Positions 1 through 13,342 of a stretch of 64,000 nt of DNA are shown here, in pieces. The stretch is from NCBI GenBank assembly GCA_951406725.2, contig OX597832.1, positions 44,206,001-44,270,000 on the forward strand, read 5' to 3'. Position numbers and translations under genes: made by a program. The stretch's first letter is position 1. Every line of letters starts with the position of its first letter. Below the pieces are notes generated by a model that saw nothing but the letters and a program-made list of their open reading frames with translations, was not told where the DNA came from and made no database searches. This stretch comes from Octopus vulgaris. Lineage: Eukaryota.

Positions 1-10
1 TTGAATTCAA

Positions 11-390
11 TTAGCTGTGATACCAGTGCCGGTGGCACGTAAGAGAACCATCCGAACGTGGCCGTAGCCAGTGCTGCCCGACTGGCCTCCGTGCCGGTGG
101 CACGTAAAAGGCACCATCCGACTGTGGCCGTTGCCAGCTTCGACTGGTCCCCGTGCCGGTGGCATGTAAAAAGCACCATCCGTATGTGGCCGTTTGCCAG
201 CGTTGTCTGGCACGTAAAAAGCACCCACTACACTCACGGAGTGGTTGGCGTTAGGAAGGGCACCCAGCTGTAGAAACACTGCCAGATCAGACTGGAGCCT
301 GGTGCAGCTTCCTGGCTTCCCAGATCCCAGTCGAACCGTCCAACCCATGCCAGTATGGAAAGCGGACGTTAAATGATGATGATGATGATG
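11..390 (+). mobile_element. Family A retroposon (probable LINE 3' UTR; about 55-60-nt internal repeats, (GAT)n tail)
   Basis: Multi-copy core ...AAGCACCCACTACACTC...AGGAAGGGCATCCAGCTGTAG...GCGGACGTTAAA(C/T)GATGATG; inserted in a MITE D remnant (391-462). Confidence 0.8.
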
Positions 391-1830
391 ACTTATGAAA
401 ACAAGACATTTGTACTACAGAGCCAGAGGCGGTTTTGGCCGGGTTGGTATCAAAAGGGTTAAATAAGGGGTAAGCTCCTGATGTGCAGCCAGATTTCAAT
501 TCTTAAATGCAGCCTTGTAATTGCAAAACTGAAATGGCTAATGTCTTTCACAAAGGTATGAATGTCACGTCAAACAATCTGCTTTCCCTTCCCTAATTGA
601 TTTGTAATGTGGTACCCTAAGTAAAGAAACTTATTACCAGTTTCCCCGGTTCCAATGTTGACATTTTAAAAAAGTAGGTGGCACCAACAACTAACATTTT
701 CTTCAGCTTCAGTTACTTCAACAACTGCATTCCTCAGCTCCAGCTCTAATGACCTCCTATTCGGTTACATTATAGTGGTTAACATGCCAATAAGCATTTT
801 TGTTGAGTACAAACTCTGTAAGTTACTTAGTAAACAGTTTTGGATGAGCTTTCAACTTAACATTCCTAAATTTTGTTACACTAAACTAGTTTTGGTTTTT
901 GAAAAAGAAATTCCTCTCTTTAAATACCACACTAAATAAATAGGCAATTTTACAACCACATTTTTTTTTAAAACAATCTTTTACTTCAAATATTTCCAAA
1001 CTTTAATACTAGAGACATACAACCAAAAAATTGATGTTCAGTTCATACTCTTTCTCTCAGTGATCAATCACCAATTCTCTAATTCATCAATCAAACACTC
1101 AATCAATCCAGCAACAGAAATAACTTTAAAGGCAGAACAAAAGCCCTGATTATACAGAAATTTTTGTATTTTGTCTCATGTTACATTCAAAATCTGATTC
1201 CTTCTAGAAGAATTTAAACTTCAAAATTGACACATTTAATAGAATAATCTATTAGCCATACACAAATTCTCAATAAAACCTAAAAGTGAGATACTGGAAG
1301 TATTGAGATGCAGGGTCACAAAATGACACTAACAAAAGGTTTCTTAGATCTTAATATTCTTCAGGAAAAAAACGAATGTTCATATTTAATATGTAAAAAA
1401 AATTGCAGAATAAGCAAACAATATAAGGACTGTCTATAAAGAAACTGAACTTTTTAAAAGGATCTGTAAGAGCATTGAGTTTGTATGAAATTGTTTGAGA
1501 TTGAGAAAAGCATTAATGGAGACTTTTCTAATGTTGCAACAAGCTTATAATGAGGTCTTTATATACATACATGTGTGTGTGTTTCTAAATTATGGGTGGT
1601 AGGGATATAGAATCCAAGTGGGGTCCGTAGTTACATGTACTGGTTATTAATGCCACCTAACCTCCATGAGTGTGTAAAAAAAACTCCAGTTAGTATGATT
1701 TACTAACCTCAGTTTATCTTCACATCAGTAAATCCACGTCTCTATAGAGACTACATTTTTCCAGTAGAGAAATTATATATATATATATCCATCGAAATGT
1801 AATGTCATAAGTGGTACCAGTATTTCATAT

Positions 1831-2125
1831 TAGGAAATCCACTGAAAACAATCACAAATCCGGATGACATTCCATGGAAACAAACAATAATCACATAGCA
1901 AAAAGGTGCAGTGTGAATCCAGGAAAATCATCGCCTGATTGTTTGTGTAATTTCCAAAGAAATAGGCATCTGTAGAAGATTGTACCATATAATTTTTAAA
2001 GAGAAATTGGTGATACAGTATGTTGCTGTAGAATTTGTGTCAACTGGCAGATGAACAAAAGGAAAACAGTTACGGTCAATCAAAAGCTACCTGACTGCTC
2101 AAATGTGAATGAAAACCTTCTGAAA
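1831..2125 (+). pseudogene. Degenerate mariner transposase fragment
   Basis: Frameshifted peptides ISKEIGI..., KEKLVIQYVAVEFV, ADEQKEN, VTVNQKL..SNVNENLLK resemble the mariner HTH-to-catalytic linker region. Confidence 0.5.
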
Positions 2126-2402
2126 CAGCATGCTCATTATTCCACTGGCTTTCAAAGTACAAAGCCAGTGGAAGATAAGCTGACATGAGATATGGCACCA
2201 TCACCCCATGCAGCCCAGCAATCTTTTGAAGAAGCACAAATGCAAACACTCACACACAAAATGCACTTCTATCCATTTCCGTATACCAAATCTATTCACG
2301 AGGCTGCAGAAGACACTTACCCAAGGCACTACACAGTGGGACATACACACATATGTACATATAAGTAATTTGTGTTTGCTGTTTTCAACACAGCAAATAA
2401 TA

Positions 2403-2976
2403 CCTCTGGAACCCCTATCTTGCCCAGGATATTAATCGTCTGGAAGCCGTTCAACAACGTCCAACCAAGAGAATACCCTCCATCAGGCATTTGCCATATT
2501 CTGAACGCCTTACTTCCCTGGGCATGGACACATTGAAACTCCGACATCTGGCAGCTGACTTGGCAGACACCCATAAAATTATCAACCATCATACAAACAA
2601 TAACTCTGACCCCCTTTTCAAACTCCACCTGTCTAACACCCATGGACATATTTACAAAGTCAGAAAACAGCACAGCTCCCATGACTTTAGGAAACATTTT
2701 TTCACGCTAAGGGTTGCTGAAGCATGGAACAAACTGCCGGCATCAGTTGTTAGTTGTCGGAGCACTGCATCCTTCAAAACTTCCATGCTTCCTGAGATTC
2801 ACCAACACTACACCTGATTCCCCCCCTCCATACACACGCAAGCATGTATCTGACTCATATACATTGTTCGCTTTCCAGACATTTGTACATTACTGCATAT
2901 GCTTTATATGCACTTTTGACAAGTTGTGGTGCACCAGAGCACTGTATACAATAATTTCATTATTATTATTATTATA
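2403..2976 (+). mobile_element. 5'-truncated CR1-group LINE (ORF2 C-terminus, 3' UTR, (ATT)n tail)
   Basis: Translates WNPYLAQDINRLEAVQ...PYSERL...RKHFFTLRVAEAWNKLP, typical CR1 C-terminal motifs. Confidence 0.8.
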
Positions 2977-3185
2977 TAGAATAACAGTATTAAGTTCTAT
3001 CTTCTATCTAATAATGGATAATAACAATAATGTTACTAATATTATCAACTCAATATTTTAAATGCAGACATCCACAGGTAAACATTTTGGAACCAACACA
3101 CCTGAAAGCTTTTCAAACACTTTTTTTTTTGCTTTTAATCTTTACTTTATTTTTTACTTCATAGCTAATAGATAAATTAGAGATC

Positions 3186-3375
3186 GTGCTGGTGGCATGT
3201 AAAAAGCACCCACTACACTCTTGGAGTGATTGGCATTAGGAAGGGCATCCAGCAGTAGAAACTCTGCCAGATCAAGACTGGAGCCCGGTGCAGCCATCTG
3301 GTTTGCCAGACCTCAGTCAAACTGTCCAACCCATGCTAGCATGGAAAGCTGACGTTAAATGATGATGATGATGAT
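3186..3375 (+). mobile_element. Family A, 5'-truncated
   Basis: Same core and (GAT)n tail. Confidence 0.75.
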
Positions 3376-4313
3376 AACAGAAACTAATTTCATTTAATAG
3401 TTAATTTTCTTTAATAAACATTATTAATAACCTTAAGTTTTCTTAGACCTTAATCTTCTTTACAAAAACAAACTAAAACTATTTCATGTATAATAAAAAA
3501 AATAGCAGCATAAATATACATTATAAGGCCCACTCATAAAGAGACTGAATTTTTTTTTTAAATAGTGCACATATTGGGTAAGAACAAAACAAGTTTTAAT
3601 ATCATGTGAGGTTTCGTCATTTAAAAAAATTTTTTTTTCCCTTCTATTTTGATATTAAGTAAAAAATGGGATGAACATTCTCTGAGTGAGGTGATTCCAC
3701 AATATTTGCTTGGGATTAGATAACAGAAAATGCAAAGTTAATACGAATCATATAAGAAAGATTGCCACACAGTAAAGGGACAAAAAACATAACTGTACAT
3801 GAATGACACCAGATGTCACATATTGCAGAACACACACCACACACACATATATATATATATATAAACGAATATAAACAAGTGACTGTTGCTACAAGTGACA
3901 GAGTAGACTCCCGTCACACATCATGCGAATATAAAAACACAAATTGTTACATGCTGTACAAGGAAGGCACATCATTACAGATTGTTATGAGATGAGAGAA
4001 AACACGAATAATCAATGGAAAAATTGGTGCAAATTTTGACACAGAATGAAAGGCAATGTCCATCTGAGACAGTATGCAAAAAGTCTAACATGTTAACATG
4101 ATGCACAAGAGAGATACGGAAAGTTAATAATCACTACAAAAATAAAATAGTGCAGATCTGTCAGTTAATGGGTGAACAAGATGCAAGTGGTCATAAATCT
4201 AATAGAATAACCATGCGAGTGAGTGATGTGAACCAGTTATGTCTGATGGATTTTGTAAAGTACTTCTGAACCTCATTGTATAAAATATATTTCTTTAAAC
4301 AATAAAATACTAT

Positions 4314-4548
4314 ACTCTTTACTCTCTTTTACTCGCTTTTACTTGTTTCAGTCATTTGACTGCGGCCATGCTGGAGCACCGCCTTTAGTCGAGCAACTTG
4401 ACCCCGGGACTTATTCTCTGTTTTGTAAGCCCAGTACTTATTCTATCGGTCTCTTTTGCCGAACTGCTAAGTAACGGGGACGTAAACACACCAGCATCGG
4501 TTGTCAAGCAATGCTAGGGGGACAAACACAGACACACACGCACAATCA

Positions 4549-4599
<51 letters not shown>

Positions 4600-4761
4600 G
4601 ACGGGCTTCTTTCAGTTTCCGTCTACCAAATCCACTCACAAGGCTTTGGTCGGCCCGAGGCTATAGTAGAAGACACTTGCTCAAGGTGCCACGCAGTGGG
4701 ACTGAACCCGGAACCGTGTGGTTGGTAAGCAAGCTACTTACCACACAGCCACTCCTGCGCC
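4314..4761 (-). mobile_element. tRNA-derived SINE family B (internal TA/TG microsatellite)
   Basis: Head GGCGCAGGAGTGGCTGTGTGG (A-box), GGTTCAGTCC (B-box), CORE-like CCTTGGGCAAGT, tail (GTAAAAGA)n; more than 10 copies in the window. Confidence 0.85.
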
Positions 4762-5683
4762 TATGTTTATAATGAAAGTATACTGTTAATGATGAAAAGT
4801 ATATAGTGGTAATAATGAAAAGTATATTTTGCTTACAACAATGAGAAGTATACTACGTCTATATAGCTAAAGCAGAAAACGTGGAATAGTCATGTAGAAC
4901 TGTTATTATCAGTACTTTTCTAGAAAGCTGTTTGAAAGTAATATGGATATTGGAATATTACTCAGTAGACTGTTGATTATGCATTTTAAGAATCAATAGG
5001 GCAAGCTAACAAAATATTCATCAATTATATTGTACTTACACTGCTTGCCAACGAGCTACATTCTCTCATAGTATCTTAGAGTATTGAATTAATGTATGTT
5101 AATAGTCTTGTCTGTAGACATTATATATATATATATTATATATATTATATACATATATATATGAAATGGAAAGACTTTAATATTAATAGATGAACAGTTA
5201 TGAAAGCCTAAATAATGAAACAGTTTTCCACAACACAAATGTTAGCAAACACTGACTAAAAAATTCCATACAGCACAACCAACTATCTTATTGCAAAATA
5301 TAGAGATAAATCTGATGTAGTAAAGTACTTTAAGGGAATATTAGCTATAGGTTATTAGAAGTATTTCAAATGACAAGTTCTTGTCAAAAAATATGAACCA
5401 GGATTACCACAAAGTAATATCATCAAGACATAACCTTATGCTTCAAAAGAAAGATTAAACCTATTCTTCTCAAAGATAGTACATTTATATACTGACTAGC
5501 ACTATGACCTGGCAATGCTGGCAGACTTCTTTGATACCTAGTTCCTTCTACCGGACCCTCAGAGTCATTCAATGCTTTAAAAAAATCCCCTATTATATTT
5601 CTATAATTAAACATTATTAGGAATTGTATAAAAAGACTTAGAATATTTTGTGTATTTTAGAAGTATACTCAATTTATTGTACA

Positions 5684-6054
5684 CTAGCACTATGACCTGG
5701 CAACGCCGGGTCATAGTGTTAGTGCATGCATATACAGCTGCGTGCGTGCTCACATACACACGAGTACTGTCCAAATCTCCGACCAATCACATACAGCTAG
5801 CTGGCATTCAATTGGCGTATCAAGTTTCGGGCATTTTGATTGGGATTTGGATAGAAAATTCACAAAAAAGTCACTTCTATTGATTTTTTTAATGGCTTTG
5901 CGGGGTGACTGGGGAAATGTAAAGATGTGCACAACCACCCTTGGACTGTTTTGAATGACCATAGAAATTGCGAGCCCTCTAACTGAAAAATTGTGGATTT
6001 GTATAAAGGACACACACACACACAGACATTTTGCCATTTATATATATATAGAGA
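5684..6054 (-). mobile_element. Non-autonomous Helitron (family G) with long terminal palindrome
   Basis: 5' TC(TC)TATATA..., 3' CTAG inside a 20-bp-arm palindrome (5682-5724), A^T site; partial extra end at 5495-5521. Confidence 0.65.
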
Positions 6055-7515
6055 TAACCCTTAAAAATGTATTCCTCTATGTCTTATGCCTTTTTAGATT
6101 TGAAAGTATCAACCTGTGGAAACATTGCCATGAAAATCCAGAATATCTAACTAAAAATAATCAAGTGAAATTTTTGAAGTAGTCTAAAGTGACTTGAAAT
6201 AGGTCCAAAAACTGTTACAGCTAGTGTGTTGATTTTCCTTTAGACAAGTTACATGAATTTTACAAGCTCCTGTAGAAAAAATAAAATACCTGCCACTTTT
6301 ACTTCACAAATTTCAGTTGCTACCAGTAATCCTGCCACCATTAAACAAGTCTGGCTTTTGTGGATCCATCCCATGCTGGATTAGAACTGTGAGAGGGGAA
6401 AACTTTTAAGGAGTTTGTTAATCCATGGGACAACTATTATTATTATTATTATTATAGGGTATGTATATAAGGAATAAGACAGTTATATGTTGACAGAAAA
6501 ATTGTGTTGATCCAGATTTGGAACCAACAACTCATGCAAACATAAAGACAAGTCTGGGAATGTAACGGTAGAAAAACCATATTCTTTTGCTTTTTTTTGT
6601 AGTGTTTTGTTTTTTTTAAATTGGGACCACATAAGGTAGGTCCTAGGTTTTAATACTACATATTATGGTAATTAAGTTTACTTCGTCACAAAGCTGTTCG
6701 ATATTGGTATCAAATTTTGGCACAAGGCCAGCAATTTTGGGAAAGGAGGTATGAGTTCAATACATTGACCCAAGGGCTTCACCGGTGCTTTTGTTTTGTT
6801 TTTTTTTCATTAACCCCCAAGAGCATAAATGGCAAAGTTGACCTTGGCAGAATTGAACTCAGGATATGAAGATGGACCAAAAAAAAAAAAAGTAGTTCAA
6901 TATTATTATTATTATTATTACTTTATGCTCCATAACAACAGGGAATGGTCAGATGCTAAGATTTTATCCAAAATAACACAAATAAATCTGTATCTGTTTC
7001 TATGAAAACTTGAATCTTCAAGATTTTCAGAAGTATTTGATAAACAATATCTATTCTATAGACCTGTTTAAAAAAATAACTGACAAGGATAACAGTGCAG
7101 GCTTGGTTGTTTAATGAAGATGCCCACAACTGCATAGGCTTACATGTTTTCAGACATAGTTTTGGGTTCAATAAAGCCTCGTGAAATCTGCTAAGTGGAA
7201 ACTGTATGGAAGCCTATCAGAGGGCCTATTTCTGCTTTTGGAATGGCAGATTTAATATACAACACAGTTAAACCCCACCACCTGGCCCTTGGGTACCTTT
7301 GGTAGAATCCACTCAATAGCAAACATTCAGACCAGATATCTGATCTGAGAATGAGTGCATCACCCCCCCCCCCCCCCGTGCCCCCACCAGAGTTTGAGGC
7401 TCTGAAAAGCATCATAGGACTGCCTGCCCTCTCACTAAACCACATTAAAAAAACGGTAAAAATCAGATGCAACAAAAAAAGTTACCCTACAGATTATATG
7501 ATCCAGGTGTCTTTT

Positions 7516-7740
7516 TTAACCCTTTCGTTACCAACCCAGCTGAAACCGGCTCTGGCTCCGAGTACAAATGCCTTGTTTTTATAAGTTTTGAATTAAAATC
7601 TTCCACCAAACCTTAGTCACAATTTATGTTCCTAACACTAGCTGAATGATGACTAAGTTATTTTACTAAATTCTTTATATTTAAAGTAATTGAAAGAAAC
7701 AGAGAGCATCTCAAAATAAATACAGTAACGAAAGGGTTAA
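7516..7740 (+). mobile_element. piggyBac-type MITE family D
   Basis: TTAA-CCCTTTCGTTAC ... GTAACGAAAGGG-TTAA, about 220 bp, non-coding, more than 10 copies. Confidence 0.85.
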
Positions 7741-8411
7741 ATTTATAAAAGAAAAAAAGTGGGGGCCCAAACAGTCTCCTCATATAAAGCAAAAAATGAC
7801 TTAATATTTTACCTACTGAAAAAAGGTTATTGTCAGTACCTTCTGTTGATATAGGATATCACTTAAATTTCACAAATATTTACTTGAGACAGTGCAGGAC
7901 GTAACTCATACAAACGAAGAAGAAACATGCAAGAATATCGGTCAATCAGTCCACTGAATGCCCTAAGCTCTCTCTAAGTTCACATTCATTATTATTTTTT
8001 TTTTCTCAAGAATCAAATGAACTAAGGTATCGTAATATTTCGAAAGAAATGCACAAAGAAAACTTGAGATGCATCTACAAATAAGTTATGTGCCAAGTTG
8101 ATGAAATATTTACAAAAAAGTACAATAAACATTCAACAGTATTCAGTTTAGTCTAAACATAAACAAACATGTGGTGTGTGGATACTCTAGTAGCTTGCAT
8201 ATAAACGTGTAAATTCTATAGCATTTGAAACAAGTTAATGGAAGTGTGTTAAATTTAAGTGACAAAATAAGAATGATATTGTCAGCACACAGATAGAAGC
8301 TAAGCAACTAGCTATAAACAAACTATTTCTCCTTTGGCAGTGAAGAAACATCTCTTTAATGCTTTGAAAATCATGTTTGCTGACTACCTACAGAAGTGTG
8401 ACTTGACTTAC

Positions 8412-8508
8412 AGGCCTAAGTTTTTCGTTTCCGTTTAGCAAAGGTAGTGGGGTTAGCTCCTAAGTTACCAGTTGAAGGAAATCAGGTTGCCATAGTTAAC
8501 GATGCCAC
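8412..8508 (-). other. Candidate 97-nt exon with early stop (VASLTMAT*) downstream of the last clear coding exon
   Basis: Strong acceptor ttgttttgtttcaatatctttccttag|G, donor CCT|GTAAGT; stops in all frames. Confidence 0.35.
8486..8500. promoter_or_regulatory. RFX X-box-like motif GTTGCCATAGTTAAC
   Basis: Matches the X-box pattern GTTGCC-AT(A)-GNAAC; motif match only. Confidence 0.3.
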
Positions 8509-9161
8509 CTAAGGAAAGATATTGAAACAAAACAAGTCAAATTTGACTCTTTACATGTCAGTTTAACCCAAGCTTGGAACATTTAGCATGAATCTTTGCA
8601 TTTCATTACTTTTAAAAAAGGACGAAGAACCATCAAAAACACTTTTCGGAAATTTATGAACGCTTCAAAGTTAAAATAACAATTATGCTGCTCTCTAAGT
8701 GTTGTTCTGTTTTTTTTTTTCTTTTTAAGAGGAATAAACAGAGATGAAGGTGACATCAGCTTCTATATGCAAAAGTCACAACAGAAGTGGTGAGAAGACA
8801 TGAACGGAATGGATGGGAAGGTATTTAAGTCAAGTCACAAAAGGATGACAGAAATAATAAATGAAGCAAACTAGAAATGTGTATGATATACAATGATTGG
8901 AGAAAACAGTGCATAATATAGAAAAAAGCTGTAAGCTATTTTAATGCACTTTTTTGTTTTCCTAGGAACAGGAAATATTTGAGACTACAGTATATAAAAA
9001 TTGCTAAGACAAAAGAACAAAAAGATCTTCAGCTTTTAATTAAATGGAAAGGACATTATTCAGAAAGTTCTAGATATAAGTTTATAACAAAAGTAAACAG
9101 TATACCAAGAAGAGATGAAGAATGGAAAGAAAGCAAACTACAAAAGAAACCAGAAAGAAAA

Positions 9162-9210
<49 letters not shown>

Positions 9211-9215
<5 letters not shown>

Positions 9216-9623
9216 TTACTATCCACAAGGGGCTAAACACAGAGAGGACCAACAAAAACAGACAAATGGATTAGGTCGATTACATCGATCCCAGTGCGAA
9301 ACTGGTACTTAATTTATCGACCCCGAAAGGATGAAAGGCAAAGTCGACCTTGGCAGAATTTGAACTCAGAACATAACGGCAAAGGAAATACCTATATCTT
9401 CATTGCGCACAAGGGGCTAAACACAGAGGGGACCAACAAGGACAGACAAACGGATTAAGTCGATTACATCGACCCCAGTTCGTAAATGGTACTTAATTTA
9501 TCGACCCCGAAAGGATGAAAGGCAAAGTCGAACTCGGCGGAATTTGAACTCAGAACGTAACAGCAAACGAAACACGGCTACGCATTTCGCCCGGCGTGCT
9601 AACGTTTCTGCCAGCTCGCCGCC
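9211..9623 (-). mobile_element. SINE family C, head-to-tail dimer
   Basis: Head GGCGGCGAGCTGGCAGAA, B-box GAGTTCAAATTC, central GCCTTTCATCCTTTCGGGGTCGATAAA; flanked by duplicated CCAGAAAGAAAAGTATATATA. Confidence 0.8.
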
Positions 9624-9934
9624 CCAGAAAGAAAAAGTATATATATTTTATACAGTTTTTCACTCCTGCAGATAGAACAACACAGTAGGTAAAAATAACA
9701 AACAGCTTTGTAGTGAAGTAAGCTTAACCACACTATTAAATACTTGTTTTTCTCTGACAATATAACATCAATATTAACACTAAAATTTCAAACCTTCATT
9801 TTTAAACAGAATCATATTTTGTCATAAATGATTAAAATTTTCAAATCGTTACAACTTCAAAAAAAAAATCTTTCAAAAAAACTTGAAAATACAATGGAAA
9901 TTATTTGGAGGTTGGATATTCTACAAGAGCTTCA

Positions 9935-10163
9935 TTAACCCTTTCGTTACCAACCCGGCTGAAACGGGCTCTGGCTCTGGATATAAATGTCTTATTTTCA
10001 TAAGTTTTGAATAAAAATCTTCCACCAAACCTTAGTCACAATTTATGTTCCTAACACTAGCTGAATAATAACTAAGTCATTTTACTAAATTCTTTGTTAT
10101 ACTTAAAGTAATTGAAAAGAAACACAGAGCATCTCAAAATAAATACAGTAACGAAAGGGTTGA
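9935..10163 (+). mobile_element. MITE D
   Basis: TIRs and TTAA/TTGA. Confidence 0.85.
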
Positions 10164-10317
10164 ACAAAAATAGCAGTCAAATCTTCCCAACAAAATTGAC
10201 AACTGAAATCCTTTGTTTCATGTCCTAAACTTTACGACCAAACGGCTAACACAGACAAAATGATCACAATGACAAAAACTGACCCAAGTGGCAATGCTTA
10301 GAACCAGAAAACTACAC

Positions 10318-10545
10318 TTAACCCTTTCGTTACCAACCCAGCTAAAACCGGCTCTGGCTCTGAGTACAAATGTCTTGTTTTCATAAATTTCGAATTGAAA
10401 TCTTCCACCAAACCTTAGTCACAATTTATGTTCCTAACACCAGCTGAATGATAACTAAGTTATTTTACTAAATTCTTTGTTATATTTAAAGTAATTGAAA
10501 GAAACATAGAGCATCTCAAAAGAAATACAGTAACGAAAGGGTTAA
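10318..10545 (+). mobile_element. MITE D
   Basis: TIRs and TTAA. Confidence 0.85.
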
Positions 10546-10636
10546 AGGGAGTACTGATTTTGACTATACTTGCTAAATTTATGATTCCATTCCTATTGGC
10601 TTAACCCTTACAACCACCCATTTATTCATTTATTTA

Positions 10637-11025
10637 TTTACTTGTTTCAGTCATTTGACTGCGGCCATGCTGGAGCACCGCCTTTAGTCAAGGAAATCGC
10701 CCCCAGGACTTATTCTTTTTTCTAAGGCTAGTACTTATTCTATCAGTCTCTTTTGCCGAACCGCTAAGTTACGGGGACGTAAACACACCAGCATCGGTTG
10801 TCAAGCGATGGGGGGTGGGGCAAACACAACACACAAACACACATATATATACATATATACGACGGACTTCTTTCAGTTTCTGTCTACCAAATCCACTCAC
10901 AAGGCTTTGGTCGGCCCGAGGCTATAGGAGAAGACACTTTCCCAAGGTGCCACTACGCAGTGGGACTGAACCCGGAACCATGTGGTTGGTAAGCAAGCTA
11001 CTTACCACACAGCCACTCCTACGCC
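10637..11025 (-). mobile_element. SINE family B
   Basis: Full-length copy. Confidence 0.85.
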
Positions 11026-11252
11026 TATACGCCACTGTTAGTATAGTTATAAAATACTTGATTTATTTTGCTAACTGGCTTAAATAAGGTGGTGAAATGG
11101 TTATTACGGGACTAACTCAAGATGAGGCCCATATTCACCACAGGCATCTTATTGGCAGTTAATTTTATGAGCTCTGATTTACTTAGCTAAAGGAATGCTG
11201 CTTGTAAGGGGGCTGACACCCAGTCCAGTGGTTACAGTAATTTCCCAGCTAC

Positions 11253-11495
11253 TTGACCCTTTAATATTTAAACGGGCCATATCAGGCCCCTCACACCTAC
11301 CCTACAATGGCACTTTAAAAAATAAAGTCACATCATCAAAATTTCCAAGTTACAAGATAATAATACATGATTAATTCAAAACAATGTGAATAAATAATCA
11401 TTACAGCGGTGGTGCCCCAGCATGGCCGCAGCCTTCGGGCTAAAACATTTTTAAGGATTACATTTGACAGAGTAATCTGAATGCTAAAGGGTTAA
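11253..11495 (+). mobile_element. piggyBac-type MITE family E
   Basis: TTAA-CCCTTTAG(C/T)ATT ... AATGCTAAAGGG-TTAA; more diverged than family D. Confidence 0.7.
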
Positions 11496-11639
11496 TGTTG
11501 TCAATATAAAAACTAAAGACTCATTTATGATTAATTATTGTGGCTTATGGCTCTCTAAGTTAAGCAATCAAACTCAAGACTATTGATCTACTGAACCCAT
11601 AGATCCAGCATAAAGTTTTTGATTGGTTACCTTTTACTT

Positions 11640-12082
11640 TTCCTTTGATTAGAACAAAGAGTGACTAAGGCTGAAGACACTCAACCTTTATTCTCTAGAA
11701 AAACACAGCCGCCGTGGTGATCTCATTCTTGCTCACAACATCATAAGCGGAAAGTGTAACCTCTCGAAAGAGCTGTTCTTCACTCCCACTCCAGAGCGTC
11801 GACTGCGGGGTCACTCCGAAAAGCTCTATCTGCAATGAATTCATCTCAATCGAAGGAGAGGGGCTTTCTCCGTCCGAGTTGCGGATCCGTCGAATAAGCT
11901 GCCGGACGAGATAGTGAAGATACCGAAGACTGCTCGATTCAAAGTCTCTCTTGACTAGAAATGGCCTGAACTCTTTGCATGAACACCCTCCCTGTACATA
12001 ACTCCACGTCCCCCTACATGGCCTTGCTTTTTGCTTTTTGGGCCAAAAAATTAACTTAACCCCCTTCTTAACTTAACTTAAC
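11640..12082 (+). mobile_element. CR1-group LINE 3' fragment (second family), pseudogenised
   Basis: RRGDLILAHNII...RLRGHSEKL...AFSVRVADP.NKLPDE with stops; (AACTT)n tail. Confidence 0.75.
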
Positions 12083-13126
12083 ACCCTTCCACCAAGAGAC
12101 TTCTTTCCTGCAATGTTACTGAGAGAAGCATCTTGTTACTAAATTATAAATAATGTTTAGTTTCTCAGCTTTCAAGTTTTTTTTACCCTTGCCCCCTAAT
12201 ATTCTCCCCATTAAGATATGTTCACATACAGAGTACAGTCAGAACAACACTTGGTGTACTTACTACATTATCAAGAGCATTCAATGACAAATGAAAGGAG
12301 ATGATAAAGAAAGCCAGTCATTGGAACTTCTTGGCCGAGGATCCGACTTGTCAAAAGTTAACCTCAAACCAATAACACTCGTCTACTTAAACTTTACTCA
12401 GGTCAACAAGAGCAGTCTCTATCTGGTCACCTTGTTAGAAGCAACAGCTAAATTTCCTTTAGCTCACACTCGAAAGTAGTATTAGAAAAAGAATTGCTCT
12501 TCGAAGTATCTTTTATGCATATTAGCATTTTTCATTCTGAACACAAGTAATAAAGTCGATGATGAAGAATTTATAATATAAGCGAATTATTTCTCACAAA
12601 TATAATCATGGAATTAAAATATATAGAATATAGAAAAGGATTGAAATAGGAAGAAAAAATAATAAAAGGGATACAAAAAAAAAAAGGTGGAAAATTTCAC
12701 ACATAAACATAACTAGCTGCTAAATAAATTTTAAAAAAGCTTCTTTTAAAGCAGTTCAGTTGCTGGCTAAGTGAGAAGCATTTGGCTAGCGTCAGATTTT
12801 TGGCAGCTAAGTACTAGAACACGTGTAAGTCACTTAATAGAAGCAGCATTCCGTAAACAGCACACACATAATTTGGTGACCAATGGGGATAGTATTAACC
12901 AAGATAAATAAAAAAAATTAATTAATTAATTAATTAAATAAGGATTGTAGTATTAGATGATATATTTCGAAATAATAATAATAATAATAGTAATTGAAAT
13001 AACAACAGAACATATAGCAAGAAGATATTTGTTCCTAATGCACAAGAGAAAACCATTTTCTACAAATCTTAGTATTTGTACCAAATTCTAAAGATTCTTT
13101 ACAAAAAATTTATCAATGAACTTTGG

Positions 13127-13162
<36 letters not shown>

Positions 13163-13188
13163 GTCATTCATTATTAAAAATAAAGAAA

Positions 13189-13234
<46 letters not shown>

Positions 13235-13260
13235 CATCATCATCATCATCATTATTATTA

Positions 13261-13298
<38 letters not shown>
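13127..13298. repeat. (ATT/ATC)n microsatellite
   Basis: Direct reading. Confidence 0.95.
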
Positions 13299-13342
13299 GA
13301 TTAAGAGGAGAGAGAAAAAAATCCTAAATGGACTCTACATAC

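Noticed and set aside
7-348. Recurrent ORFs such as LQLDALPNANHSVSVVGAF and [18 protein letters not shown]
   Set aside because: Translations of non-coding retroposon families A and B; frames are not conserved between copies
12522-12536. Possible terminal exon NEKC* after acceptor ttacttgtgttcag
   Set aside because: Too short to distinguish from chance; several equally plausible acceptors lie downstream
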